Assembly (NCBI GenBank): GCA_024137785.1
Contig: JAHRHZ010000051.1
Span: 12,012,824-12,076,823, forward strand
Length of the DNA stretch: 64,000 nucleotides
Origin: Ginglymostoma cirratum
Lineage: Eukaryota
Reading direction: 5' to 3'
Of the stretch, positions 48,771 to 62,770 are shown piece after piece. Position 1 is the first letter of the stretch, and every line of letters begins with the position of its first letter. The notes below the pieces were generated by a model, which saw only the letters and a list, made by a program, of their open reading frames with translations, searched no databases and had not been told where the DNA came from. Position numbers and translations under genes: made by a program.

Positions 48771-51700
48771 TATTAGCCAGTCCAATCTGTCCATTCCAAA
48801 AGTCCAAATGTAGTAAGCCCAAGTAGTGATTCTTTACCTCATCAAAGCACAGTAGTCTCTGGAAAGACAGAGAATGTGTGTTCCTACAGCCGGGGATACT
48901 AATGCCAACTTCAAAATCCCAATCCCAACAGTTAAGCAAAGGACTTTATGGTCTATACAATTCAATTCCTCATCTAGGATTGCACTTATCCATGAACCAC
49001 TGACGACATCAGGAAATCTTACCAACAAACTCAGTTCAAGTAAAGCAGGACAAAGATGAATGAAGCAGAGAAGCACAATGTTAATTCAGATACCAAGCCA
49101 CCTGTATCTGGAGTTATATTCACAGGTGTTTAAAGATTTAGATTCAAAGCAATTTCTCTAGTCTTGACCTGATTTCATTCATTTTCAACAGGATGTTAAC
49201 CCCCAAGGTCCAGCAGTCTGGTTCTAGTCGCTGAACTATGAATTAACATTTTCTTCAAATGGTCGTAAATTAGTTCATGTATGTGTTCCACACTGAGAGG
49301 CATAGTTTTCCACTGATGCATGTTTCACTGCTGCTTATCGGCTTAGCAGTGGGTTAATGATCTTCACTATAAAGGAAGGTTGTAATTTTCTCTAAACAGG
49401 TGGGTTGAACCACTAAGGGATTTTGCTCTTATAAATAGTTTCGCTCTAATCAGTACTTACTATAAACTTGTTTTGTTGCATTGTATTGTTTCTAAGCTCC
49501 TGCCAACAGTTTTTCCATAAATTGCTGCATTACACACAGGTGAAACCAAGCATTACAGCTTGTATGCAAAGCTCAGTTCTAAGAGATAGCAAAGGCCGTT
49601 GTCGTTTTGAATTTACCCAAAACACTTTAGTCATTCTGCAGTCTTGTGGTAAAGGTTCACTACATCCAGTGGAAAGTGTATATAACAGGCAGCTATCCGT
49701 TAGAAATATGGTCCTGCATGTGCTTTCTTAGTAGGACTGCTATTTTGCATGACCTACTTTTTCAAATCAAATTAGTAGTATACTTCTGATCTTTCTTTAT
49801 AGATCTCAATAAAACCTCCCGTATGAGATCTTGGCTTTACCAAATCAACTAAAACTTCAATCAACTTGCATGCCATTTAATCAGATACGCTCAAATAACC
49901 CACAGTGGTTCCACTCATTATTGGCCTTCAGAACAGGTCTGAAGATTTGTAATGCTGGTGATTATGCCGCAGTGTGCGTGATATTATTTTCAGCAAAACA
50001 CTTAAAAAAAGTGAACAAAATGTGATTGAAATGAGACAGTTAGGGAGATGCTCTGATTCATTCAGGCATCTTGAGGAAAGGATCAGAACCATTGGAACTG
50101 ACACAGTAACTTAACTCCCTTCAGTTGCGTAACAGAAGCACAGTGACAACTGAAGCCCAGCTGTGTTACGTCTAGAAATTAGCATGTGCCCTGAAACTTG
50201 GGCTGATTTACAGACATTGTAAGCTGAAAGGCTGAGCTTATTTACTCTTGATCACAACTCAAAGTAAACGCCTCCAGCTTGGGGAGGAGTGCCAGCTGTG
50301 CTAGGACAGGTGTTAGTAACCGGTAGGTTCATCTGGGGAAAGTACCCACCCCCTTTTCGACTGAAGCAGTGGATAGGACAACAATGGAAAAAGTGGCCAG
50401 TATAAATGCACATCTTATATCATGTTTTGTTATTGTAAAGTCTTCCCCCTCCACTGAGGTGGGAGGTCAGGATGGCCAGGGTCATTAACACTGAGTTTCA
50501 CCAGGGCTTAACAATAGCTGGGAATTTCCCTTGGTGTTCTGTTAGATTGCAGCAGAAACTCGGCTCCACAATTCGATCCGTGTTGCTGCAGCACAGGTCT
50601 AAGGGGATTCCTGACTTATACATTGTCGGTGGCAAGGTAACAGTGAAAGCTCTCTGTCTAGTGCCTTTGACACGTTAGTGCGTCCACAGCTTTGAACGAT
50701 AAAGAGAATTGAGGCCAAGAATAAATATGGCCTCTTTCCCATTTGCCAGATGCGTGCCCAATATCATGAGAAGCAGCCCAACAGCAGCACTTCATGTACG
50801 TATGGCACCGTGAACTTTGAGGAGATCTGCACCCTGACCAGGCAACGCCACGTTTGATCACGCAAAGGAAGAGGTTATTTAGTCGCCTGAGATTTTGTGG
50901 AACCAACAAGAATGGCAGGGCATATGGAAACGTACATTGCAGAGGAATGGACATATTTACCACTGCTGCTGGCCTCTTTCCTCACGGTATAAAGAATAAA
51001 AGATTATAGGTGGGGGAAAACCCCCTCCCTCCCACAAGATGAATGTCCAGGTCCAGCACCCCTCTGGTTTGGGCCACTGCCTCGCAAAGGAGGTATTCTC
51101 CTTCTTTTCTCTAAGCTTGTTCTCAGAATCAAACTTGCCAGGTCACAGTAGACACAGATCTCTCAAATCTCTCTAACCCCAACGAGCAGTGGGATGGGAT
51201 CCTTATATGTGCCTCAAATTAGGACAGTTGGAAGACTTACTCAGGCCCTCAGCACTCAATGGGGGAGGGCAGGCAGATGGTGAGTGTACCACCAATGGCA
51301 TGGCACCTTATTTGATATTTTCACCAGCCTGTTCTGTTGCCCACAGGCAGCCTGGGATGTCCAACCCACAGGGCATGAAGAAGAAACCCCAACAAACATT
51401 ATGTGCCAACTGCGTGACCTCATTACTTGCTGGCAAATAGCATTCATCAGCTATTCTGTTCACCCTATATTCACCTTAACCTACGTTCTAAAGGGAGACC
51501 ATTTTACACACGGCAGATACAGCACTTTATGGAAACTAAAATTTGACAATGGCTGAGATTTCCAATAAGACCTTTCACTTCAGCTCCTTTGAAGTCATAT
51601 GTTATTGCTTCGCCTACAGCTGTGTATTGGGGTGCTTTTTCTTTGGCTCCAAATACATGATGTTAAGAACATGTCAATCATGTTTCCACGAGACAGCACT

Positions 51701-51963
51701 CATTTGCACAAGAATGTTTCCCACTCAACTTGCCTCCTCTCTATAAAGAAGTGGCCTGCCTCGTTTTGGAGCCTCTGCCTACCGATTGGACTGGTTGAGT
51801 GCGATATCACGCTACTGCTGTCCTTCAATACAGCAGAGCTTGATGCACTGTGCCATTAGGCCGTCACACTAAACCTAGATTTCTACACACTTCAGCTGTA
51901 TGGTAGTAAGGCAGAGCGCCACTTTCAGCTTTGCTTCGGCAAAAACTGTTCCCAACAATCCAC

Positions 51964-52079
51964 CATGAGGTGGAGATGCCAGTGTTGGACTTTACCTGAC
52001 AAAGCAGCAGCGCTCCGAAAGCCGGTGATTTCAAATAAACCTGTCAGACTATAACCTGGTATCATGTGAGACTTCTGAC
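51964..52079. mobile_element. Further PLE pLTR family: short inverted tail + sense arm with decayed hammerhead
   Basis: ctgacaa-a-gcag cagcg ctcc-gaaa-gcc at 51996-52023, then aataaacctg...ctataacctggt; 51964-51990 resembles the antisense 3' tail (recalled consensus). Confidence 0.6.
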
Positions 52080-52529
52080 ACGGTGAATCACCCCACTGAG
52101 AATACACCAAAATCCTGCTGCAGTCAGAAATGTGATCTCCACATATGGACTCTTCCCTTACCACAGCCTTAAACAGGGCTTGTGGCCCAGAGGTACGGAC
52201 ACTACCACTGGGCCAGAGCTGTGGGTTCACGCCCCGTAACCAGACTTGCTGGCCTTGGACAAGAGGTCTAATGTGGTTCCTATGGGGTGGCATCCCACCC
52301 AGGAATCCCTCCCTCATTTCTCAACCCTGAAGGGAAACACGAATGTCTGTCTGAAAGCTATGCCATGAAGAAAACCACATCCCTCTTGTATGGCTGCATA
52401 CATACTCTCAAAACACTCTAGGCTATGCTGCTGCTCTACCCAAAGATCCACCTCAGCTTTGCTTACTATTCCTCACTCATTCCCAACTCTGGCTGTTCTA
52501 TACTTGCAATCCACAATTTCAAATTATTC

Positions 52530-52930
52530 AATCATTTACCCATGGGATGTTAGTATCTCTCATTGAACCAGCATTTATTGCCCAGACCTAGTTTGCCTTA
52601 AGAAATTGGTGAGCTACATATTTGAATCCCCGCTCATGCTCTAGGTAGACCCACAACAAGAACAGGTCCAGGATTCTGACCCAGAGACAATGAAGGAATG
52701 GTGTCAGAATGGGGAGTGGTTAGAGGGGAAATTGCAGTTTGTGGTGTTCCTACATCGGTTATCCTTGTCGTTCTAGATTGCAGCGGTAGTGGGTTTGGAC
52801 GATGCTTTTTGAAGAAGCCTTGGTGAATTTCTGTACTGCATCTTGTAGATGTTACAAACTGCTTCTGGGCATCATCAGTGGTGGAGGAGGTGATTGTTTG
52901 TGTATGTGATACCAATCAAGTGGGCTGCTT
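52530..52930 (-). mobile_element. CR1-like LINE 3' fragment (second family)
   Basis: cagcatttattgccc...ggtagacccaca...ccaggattctgacccag...gccttggtgaatttctg matches 3250-3607. Confidence 0.75.
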
Positions 52931-53231
52931 CGTGGACCAACCTATCACAGCATCAACAATTCCCTCAGTCAGTGGACTGAGCAAACCCATATCCTTGGTG
53001 ATTGTAACAAACTCACTCTCCAGTGCCCGCTTTGCCCTATCCTGACAACTTGTTACATCACATCCCAGGCCTGGCATTTCTTACGGCTAATGCACTTCAC
53101 TGACGAACCCTAATCACTCACCTTCTTCATCTTTAACACTCAACTATTCTGCCGTGATATTCTAAGTGATGAAAAAACCATTTATGATCCCCTAAAACTC
53201 ATGGCCTAGCTTGGAAGAAACTCCAAAGAAG

Positions 53232-53411
53232 CACAGGTTAGGTGGATTGGTCATGCTGAATTGCTCTGTCGTGTGCAGGCTAGATGAACTGGCTATGGTG
53301 TTTATGGGGTGAGGTGGATAAGGTGGGGGATGGATCTAATAGGATGCTCTTCAGGCGGTCAGTGCAATTCTACGGGCAAGTGGCCTCTTTCCACACTTTC
53401 AGGATTCTATC
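53232..53411 (+). mobile_element. HE1-type SINE 3' fragment
   Basis: caggttaggtggattggtcatgctgaattg...ggatgctcttcagg...ggcctctttccacactttcaggattcta. Confidence 0.75.
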
Positions 53412-54095
53412 AGCAGTCATAAGCTCATTTCACATTTATCAATAAGTTTCCAACTCCAGTTTATCCAGCTCTTCAAAAAGCTGGCGTGACACCTTGGACA
53501 GATCACCAGTTCCCTCACCAATGTGTGTGATGTGACAGTTCCGTTTCCTTCCCCTGCTAAATCCTTTCCCTCAATCACTATTCTGGGGATGAGAGTGGCC
53601 ATAAACAAAGAGTCAGAAAATAGTTTGTGACAATAAACTGTCATTAACACACTCTATGATCTGTGGTGAATGCAAATTCTTCCAGAGCACTTCAAACAGG
53701 TTGAATTATTAGACTTCAAGTGGGTAGGAATGCTCGTGTTCCCTTTGTTTGCATCAGATCACCAAAGGCATTTCAACGTATACACATTATAGTGCTTTGG
53801 GCAGTAATTTACAAAACAACTTCAGGTCATGGCAGATATTCACATTGGATCACGCTGCACACACACAAAGGTAACCGGGTGGTTTACTCAATACTGGAAG
53901 AAGCAACCATTTAATGACTCTACACTTATTAGTAATTTAATTACTGGATTTGTTCACCTATTAACTACTGCAGACTGGAATCTCCGGGTTGACAAACCCT
54001 TGAACATCATCTGATACACCAGGAATTGCGAAAGGTACCATGACATGAATGCAGTTGGGCTCATGTCTGTACTCCGAATCCAACAGGTACTTGTT

Positions 54096-54107
54096 GTGTG
54101 TGTGTGT

Positions 54108-54138
<31 letters not shown>

Positions 54139-54140
54139 GG
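54096..54140. repeat. (TG)n microsatellite joined to poly-G
   Basis: tgtgtg...tg followed by a ~19-G run. Confidence 0.95.
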
Positions 54141-54689
54141 TGCTTTGTAATCAGGTTGTGTCTTTTCTCCGTTTCAAAAAAGTTCAACTATCTTTGGGCT
54201 CCATGCTCCTCTCCCAAAACTCCATCCGAATCTCGTCAGCCCGGTATCCACACTGCCTGAAGCACCTAGGAGCAGTCTGGCCAAAGACACAACCGACACC
54301 CTCTGTATAATTCTCTCTCATCCCAGTTATGAGATGGAAGGAAACTGGATAAGCAGTCGAGGGACAGTAATGTCGGGATGATGAGGGAGGGGGGGTTGGG
54401 GGGAGGGTGCAGGGATATAATGGCAAGGGAACTGACTGGACTGCTCTACAGACAGCTGTCATGGGTTCAATGGGCAGAGTGGCCTCCTTCACTGCCATAA
54501 TGACTGTTATCTACCAGGCCACTTTGCTTCCATCGCCTTTTTCCAGCTCCTTCAGGTTGTTTGGTAGTAGCCCTACGTATCAGAATGCAGACAGTATACA
54601 TTAAACAAATAGCTCCCCCCCTCCTCTGTGCTGTCACCTCAGAAGATCTGAGGGTCTATTCTTGGCCACCCACTTTCTGTTCATTGATA

Positions 54690-55075
54690 CGCTGCCCCTT
54701 AGTGACAGTACCTGATGAGAAGCGCTGCTGTGTCAGAGATCCTAGCCTTCAGATGAGGTGTTAAGCTGAGGCTCCATCTGAACTTCAATGGTGGGCATTA
54801 AACATTGTTAAAGACCGCACTATTTAAGAAACTGCAAGGGTTGGAGGGTGGGGGAACACCACATGTCCTGGCTAACATTTTCCTCTCAATTTACACTTTT
54901 TTAAAGCAAAGACTCTCATATTTATTTCAAACTGAGTGGGAGCTTGCTTGGCATAAATTGGCTGTTGGGCTTTCGAAACCACAACACTCTCTCCATTTCA
55001 AAACCACTTCATTAGCTGTAAACAGCTTTGAGACATCCCATAACCATGAGAAGTGCTACACATATGCAAGTCTTT
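54690..55075 (+). mobile_element. DeuSINE fragment
   Basis: cttcagatgaggtgttaagctgaggc...gtgggagcttgcttggcataaattggctg...gtgctacacatatgcaagtc. Confidence 0.7.
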
Positions 55076-55364
55076 ATTTTCTTTTTGTTTAAAAATAAAG
55101 GTCCATCTTTTTGCCAAGTCTCTCTCACTGTATGTAATCTAGTCTCTATTCCATTCACCCTTCTCCCCTATGAAACATGGGCCATGCTAAGTTGTGAACA
55201 CAAGCAGCTTGCTGCATACAGATCCATCCAAACTTTTTCAAATAGAGCCAGATTTGCCACACACACAGCTTCAAGCAGAACTGGGACAAGTTTCAGTAGT
55301 TACTATGTGGGTAGAGCAAGCAGTTAAGAAAGCAAACAGTACAGGGGTCTCTAGTGGATGGGAG

Positions 55365-55890
55365 TTACCCTAGTGCAGAGTAAAGAAACCTTGCAGCAAA
55401 TACATAAGGATTTGGCAAGACCCTATCTTTGAGTGCAGTTTACCAAAGGAATAACATATGCTTGTTTTCGAGATGAGTGCAACAATGGTTCTCTAGATCA
55501 ATTCCTGGGCAGAGCGAGTTGACTCAGAAGGAGCAATGGAGTAGGACAGATCTCCACTCTGAAGTTTCAAAGGCAGAAAAGTGATCTCATTGAAACCCGT
55601 AACATTCTTAGAGGGCTTGTTGGACTAGGTGCTGAACAGCTATATCCAGAACTATGGATCATGGATGCACGATAAAATCAGTTGGCCATCTTCTTTCTTC
55701 AAGGGTATGTTTTTGGAACTCTTAATTACTGACTGCATCCACAAATAAGACCGATCAACCTTTGGAGACTAAAGGATATAAGGAACGGGCAGGAAAGTGG
55801 AGTTACGGCAATAAATTGGCTACAATTATCGTGAACGTGCGGAGAAGCCAATATGGTCTATCCCTGCTCCTGTTTCCTCTATCCTTATTA
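55365..55890 (+). mobile_element. Old CR1 3' fragment
   Basis: gtgatctcattgaaacc...ttcttagagggcttg...gggcaggaaagtggagtt...tatccctgctcctgtttc. Confidence 0.6.
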
Positions 55891-58519
55891 CAGGACTGAA
55901 ACGCAGCGAGCAAAGTTGTTCACAGCATATGTTTTGCGATGTTATTTACATTCTAACACTTAGCTCCAAAAGGCAGCAGAAGTGATCCTTCAAGGAACTG
56001 AAAACAGCCTCAGTCAATGCGTACCTGCTTCTCCACAGACTACAGAGCAGCTGTTGCCAAATGGGAACAAATGCTACCAGTGTGGCAAGATGCCATCTCC
56101 TCTCAGCTACTCCAGCAGAGCTCTGTTACATAAGCTGCTTTTGGTTTGTACAGACCTCTCACAGCCAGTACCAAGGGGAGGAATTACACTCGTGCACTTC
56201 TCTGCAAAGGTCTCCCCACAGCAAGCGCAGAAGGGGTTTTGTTAAACAGACCACTCCACAATGTAATGAATGTTGACAGTACAGTCAAACACACAGCAGC
56301 CACTTTTGACTGAAGATCCTACAAACAGCAACAAGGTTCATTTGCTGGTGTTGGTAGCTGAGGGGCTAGCCTGGGACTGAGAGGAGTCACTGGTCATCTT
56401 TGATGGTATCTTTAACATTCACCTACACACAAAAACGAAGACTTCACTGAAAACTGCATCCAGTTTAAACACCTTAAATGTTAAGCAAGGCCGGTCTTTA
56501 GCAGTGACTCTGAAAGGGTGTCCTGCAGACAGATTCAGCTCCTATGCGGTTCGGCGGTTGGTTCAAAACATGTATCTCCCTGATGTGCAAGACCATGTGA
56601 GAAAATAGGCCAGAACTCTCACCCCCAACACTGACAAGATGCCATACAACACAAATGACATACGAGTTGTCATAAGCAAAAGGGACAAACGTACAAGTTT
56701 TAAAAGTAAGATTGATGTGTTATTGTTACAACACAATACAGGGAGCTTGGATTTTCAAAACTCAAGCGGCCAAAAACAGAGGAGGGCATAGGTGAATGTA
56801 GCTCCTAACCCGGAGACTAAAACTCTCCAGTCTGGATCCAGACACCACTTCACTGGACTCTAATCCGATGTTGCACCATTCTTCCCATTAATTCTATTAT
56901 GTGTTTACTCTCACAAGCAAATACAGGTGGGGTAGGAACTGGAGGTGGCCTGAACTTTCAGGAATTTCTGGTCCATGCGATCTTCTGAAGGGGAGAGGGA
57001 CGTGGCAAGTTCTCTCAAGCGGGACAGAATGACACTGACCTCTCAGGGTAGGAGGGGCACAAACAGTCGAGTGTGTGGCCGAGATTTGGCCTGTACAAAG
57101 GTATTGTATCTGATGTGGCACGGCTTAGGCAATCCCTCGTAATTTAAGAAACTAGGTGCAGATAAAGTGGCATTAGACAATCAATTTGTACATTAATTGT
57201 AGTAAACCTCAAACATTACACTTCTTAGGTCTCTCCTGTCTTGTTAATATTAAATTAATAGAATACAGTAGACTGCAGCGTGTGCCCATGAGCGAGTCAT
57301 GCTTCAGGAGATCAGAGGCAGGTTGGAGTGTGCAATTTTTTATACACTCGGATCACAAGCTATGGTAGTGCTGATATCATGAGCACATCCCTTAAAGGTA
57401 TACTAACATAATAACCATGAGAGACAATACAAGACTCACCAGTGGAGAATGATAACTTGAAGTTGCATGGAAATTGACTACCTTTTGACATCATAATTGA
57501 GAAATAAAAAACAGGTCAACATTTCAGGGGAAGGAGAAAAAAAACTTGACAGGGGTTTAAATATGGCTTAAATCAAATTAAAATAGAAACACAATCTGAA
57601 TTTCTCAACGAAGGATGGTGAACAATGGCACTTGATTGCTGAATGTTACAGAATGTAACGATTTAGATGCAACGAAGGCCAGGGCCTTGTAAAACAATGG
57701 TTCTAAAGTGGATAACTTGCACGTGGTGCAACAGTTATATACAAGTCAGATCAAAATACACCACCCTTTGCTCATTTGTAATTTTAGAATGACATTAAGA
57801 CACAGAATCTAGATTTGGCAAACTGTGCCAGATAATTCCCAAAATCAAAATATTGCCAATTGGGCAAGTCTTGGCCTCTCTTCAAAACAGAGTAGTACCC
57901 ACCAAGTGTGACACTGCTGTAACTGAACAAAAACGTGATGGGCAACAACAGAACGATCCAACAAAACCACTAAACACAAATGAGCAAGATGGAAAAAAAA
58001 ATTCTGAAGTGTCTCTTTTCATTTTATTTCACATTTCCTTCCTTTTTATAAACAAAATTTCTTAATCCTGCAGATAATAGATGTCATTTTGATTCTGCAT
58101 GATTTGGTATAATTCCTGGAAGTGTTGATCCAGCTCCCTTACTGTCACAGGGGCAGTCAGGATCCTGGGAATGACGAGACACAATACACTACGTCAAGAT
58201 AATTGAACAGCGCCCAAGCAATGCAAGTGCCAAGCCAAAGTGCTTTAGCAAAATGCTCAGACTTGGCAAAATCCAATGCAGCAGCAGCTGAAACAGCAGA
58301 ATTGGCTGGGGCAAGCTAAGCTGTACCCTGACTACAATCTTATGCATACAATAGACTGGAAATACCCAGCTATATCCTGGAAATGATGGCTATTCAAACA
58401 TATGTGGTCATTCCAAGAGGATTGCATTTCCTTTTCAATAAAAAGGAAAAACAACCACATTTTTTAACATTCCGTTTGTGTTACACTGTTGATAACAAGT
58501 CGTCTTCAATTTCAATGGG

Positions 58520-58860
58520 ATCACAAAGGATAAAAGACACAAAAAGGCCATTTGGCCCAACTAGCCCCAGTCATGCTTCACTTGAACGTCCTCTGATATT
58601 GCCTCAAGTGAATCTACCACTGTAACACTCCACTCTTTTCTCTCCCAAACACTTGTTTAGCTTCCCCTCACATGTATCGATACTATTCGCATCAGCACTC
58701 CCTGTGGTAGTGAGTTCCACTTTCTCACCAGTCTTTGCATAAAGAAGTTTCTTCCGAATTCTCTATTGGATTTCTTATTGAATACCTTACACGGACTGCT
58801 TCTAATTATTCTCTTCCATACGGCTGGAAGCATTTCCCTTTGAGCTCATCTGATCACAAC
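58520..58860 (-). mobile_element. Old CR1-like 3' fragment
   Basis: aggccatttggccc...ctcctgtggtagtgagttccactttctcaccagtctttgcataaagaagtttcttccgaattc. Confidence 0.6.
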
Positions 58861-61074
58861 TTTATTATTTTAGAATTGTGCCTCTGTCAGACGAGACAAT
58901 TTCTAACGTCCTTGCGCAATTCGCCTTTAGCTACAGAGCGGGGGCTATCTTTATGTTACCACCACCCTCCCCCCGACAAAGCCAGCACACACAGTCTTTG
59001 CCTGGTGTCATGTTGACCCAGGTAAGACACAGCACAAGTCAGAGATGAAATCAGAGCAGTAGGTTTCTTGCAAAACAAGCATGAAAATGCTATAATTAGT
59101 AACTTTTCATTTAACATGGACAAGGGTCAAAGAACAATTCGCAGGGTCCTTACTTCTTTGAGAAAGATATATTTCTGGATTATATTTATTTTGGGCAGCT
59201 TCACCGAATCACTTTCCTTCATTGCTCCCCTCCCAGGGTAGACAAGAGGTGTGACGGTTCCTTGGTATTTTATCCTTGTGCCCATGATTAAAATAAGCCT
59301 TGATACTGAACAATGAAGGCAGGCTGATTGCTCAGTTGACGCAAGGGAACAACTGTCCACTCGTGACAATTGAGGTTTGAGCAACAATCACCGCATTGAT
59401 GGCAGGGTTTCACAGTTCCACAGCATGACCAGATCAAGGTGAACGCTCACAACAGAAATGGGGAACCGTGCGGTTTGAAGGGTGCAACTGTGGAAGATTT
59501 CAGACCAAAGGCACTCAATTAATGGGCCGCAGAATGGGCGGAGGGTGGGAGTGGGCAAAAGAAGGCGTTTCACACATCTCTAGTCTGCTCAGTTTCGCAA
59601 GAATTGAATTAGGAACCATCACTGGCTCGGTTTCCATGTCTGGCTTTCTGTGTTGCTGTGTCATTTAAATGCCTTTAAACCACAAAATGGGAAATGGGGT
59701 AGATAGGGTCAGCAGACAGATCCTTATTAAGACTGCAGGGAAACGGTGAAAGCTGTGAATTTAAATTCTGTAAAGACGTTCACAGTTCCCTGTCACACCC
59801 CATTCACAGGCACTGGGCCAAGATGAATCTGTGGTTTAAAAAGCTCCCTGAGACTCATTTCCTTCTTCAAAGTATCATTAACTGGATAATCACTTTTCCA
59901 ACCATTTTATCACTAAATATATAGACTTTATTTCTCCAAGGGACAGGAGTGGGGAGGGCACAAAGTGATTCTTGTGGACAGAAAACATTTCAGGAGAGAA
60001 GGGCACTAATTTCTTCGCCCTCTATGAATGGAAAGCAATTTGAAAAATTAAAATCTCCAACCAAAAACAGGAAGGGATTTTGTAAAGAGACGACTGTCAA
60101 CAACATTTTTCATCAAGTTATTAGCTTTAAAAAAAGTCACAGGTCATAGCCTGGAAAATAAACAATCCCATCATCAACAGTAAATGTCTAGGTAGGTGCC
60201 TGAGAAGTTGGAAGTTGCTATATGTATGTACACACCTACTTTGATGTATTAACACATGTAAAAGGTCAGCTATTGGGCAATTTGACAGTGAACCTCACAT
60301 AGAGATGTTAGGACATTTGATCAAACTCTTAGTTAAAGAGGTAGTTTTCAAGGACCATAATGAAGGGGAAGGACAGTGAGACGGAGGTTTAGGGAGCAAA
60401 CGGAGGTTTGCTGTTCAGCTGGTGCCATCTACCATAATCAGTTACTGGGGCTAACTATCTGGAAATGTTAAATCTATATCCCAACACCAAGGTATGAAAA
60501 GAGAGTCTGAAACCGTTTTGTTTGATACTGGAAAATGTCACTGAATGCTGTCGGATTATTATGAGGTCTCTGCGGTTCTTCAGAAGAGGAAAACTTACTG
60601 CAACCTATGCAACCCTCAAATCTCATCCTCGGGGTTGATTCCTTGCTCCCCCTAAGTGGCACTATAAATTACCCCGTTTCTAGAAATAGTCATTAACAGG
60701 TAGAAAAGGTAAAAGCATCACTTTCAGGATGAAGAGGGGAATGGGGCCTTCATAATGTAAAAACATCTGAGCCCTCTGTCAAATTCAATGTGTGTTATAA
60801 AATGTCACTTCTTGGATGCAGTCAACTGTTGAATCTATGGCTCATCCTCATCCTCAGAAAATACTGGTATGCCTTCCTGAGCCCTTGTGTTTACTATATT
60901 CCCAAAGATGCTGTTAGCTCGGCAATCCAGGAATTGGATTCCATCACGATGAGAAGATGCCCAAGACGCAATGGACACTGATGGTGTTTTTATGAGGTTC
61001 ACATTCTAGTTCACTAGTTAGTAGAGTTTTCACTACTGGGAAGTGCACTGCAGTAAATAAGTGAGCTGTACTTT

Positions 61075-61212
61075 CCAGACAGATTTTTAAATCAGTAAGG
61101 GGGTCGAGGGTTATGGGGAAAAGGCAGACAAGTTGAGGATTATCAGATCAGCCATGATCTTATTGAACAGTAGAGCAGACTCGACAGGCTGAATGGCCTA
61201 TTTATCCTATGT
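61075..61212 (+). mobile_element. CR1 3' tail
   Basis: gacagatttttaaatcagtaagggggtcgagggttatgggg...atcagccatgatcttattgaa...ggctgaatggccta. Confidence 0.8.
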
Positions 61213-62650
61213 GAACTGTGGTCACGGGGGTGATATTAAAATCAGGGCAGCAGTGACGACTTGAGACTTTGGTGAAACCACGATTGAGAATGGGATGCTG
61301 ATGGATTCTGCTCCTATTTGATGCCAGATTACAAGTCATCATTCCTCAATAGACGTGACAACACTCCAGTGGATCCCTTGGAATCTTTTGTTATGGATTA
61401 TGTAACTCTGAGAGGGAACCTCATGTTGGGTCGTTGCTTAAATCTGTATATGCTGTAACCATAATATTCCCACATTCTTCATACAGGCATAAAGAAAGAA
61501 ATATGTGGGAATGTCAAAAAGGGACATTAGATGATGACCATATAGATTTGTGATAGATCGTGATAGATAAGAGTTAAAAAAGCCTCTGGAGGAAGAGATG
61601 TGGGTGGAATGGTACAAGGACGGAGGTCCCAAACATAGAACTGAAGGTATTGATGTGACTGTTGTGGTAAAGGCAAAGGGGAGCGGGAAGAAGAAACTGG
61701 AAGCAACGGAATGCAGGTGCTGGCAAGAAACTCTGCATCACACATGGAGGGTGCAGTAATAAAGAAGGGCTAAGCCAAAGCATTTAAACTATCAATCAGA
61801 ATTTTTCAATGACTTTACGTTGAGTTTGCTTCACAAAAAACAGATCAGTTGGACCACCTGATCCATCCTAGTGTTTATGTCCCACGTCAACATTCACGAT
61901 TCCCACCATCATACGTTTCCTTACCTTTCTCCCCTCGTGGCCTTATTCAATTCTCATGGATATGTATGGATGTGACTCAGTACAATGGCTGTGTGGTGGG
62001 GGGGTACCACCTATTGTAACAATTTAACAAGATGCAGGAGTCGGGAATCTGTGTGCATGTGAAAAAGAGCAATGAGTGAGCAAGACCCACTGCTGAAACA
62101 AGGATACAGGGAGAACTTTCTTTGGACAAGCAGAGAGATGGAAAGCTGGTGTAAATGGAGTCTGCAAGTGATGTCCATTTCCTCTGGTGGGGTGTGACTC
62201 ATGGTGAGCTACGGCCCACAGATCTTCAGTATTTCAGACTCAATGAGGAACTGTGCGCCACATTTTCCACTCAATATCTGGACATGGGTTAACCCTTTGA
62301 TTTCAAATCTACTGCTAAGATATCATCAACTGAGAGTGAAGCAGATACCATCCCCACAGCTTCCAATACGAGATCCTCAGACAGTTCATGAACCCTGCCT
62401 CACGTAGCTCTTCCTACCAAGCTCTGGAAATACTCAGATCAATTACAATAATTCCATTGCAGCAGTCACAATCACAAAAGCTGCACAGAATTCACCATGT
62501 TGTCCATTTATCTGTTGTCACTCCATGGATTTTTTTTTATTGACTTGTTTCAATTCAGTCACGCATAAATTGTAGGGGAAACATATTCCTGGTTGCTGTT
62601 TGTACTAAGATTGTCAACGGCTACCTGTAACACATTTACAATTCTCCTAT

Positions 62651-62770
62651 CAGCTCTGAAGAAGAGGGATAGCAGACTCAAAATGTTAATGGCTTCTCTC
62701 TCCACAGAAGGTGCTCAGTTTCTCCAGTAGTCTGTGTTTGTTTCAGACTTCTGGCATTTGCAGTATTTTG
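62651..62770 (+). mobile_element. Older PLE pLTR remnant (solo arm, decayed hammerhead)
   Basis: cagct-ctgaaga-a-gag...ctc-aaaa-tgtt, then tctctccacaga...tttcagacttctggcatttgcagtattttg; same family as 16909-17041. Confidence 0.6.
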
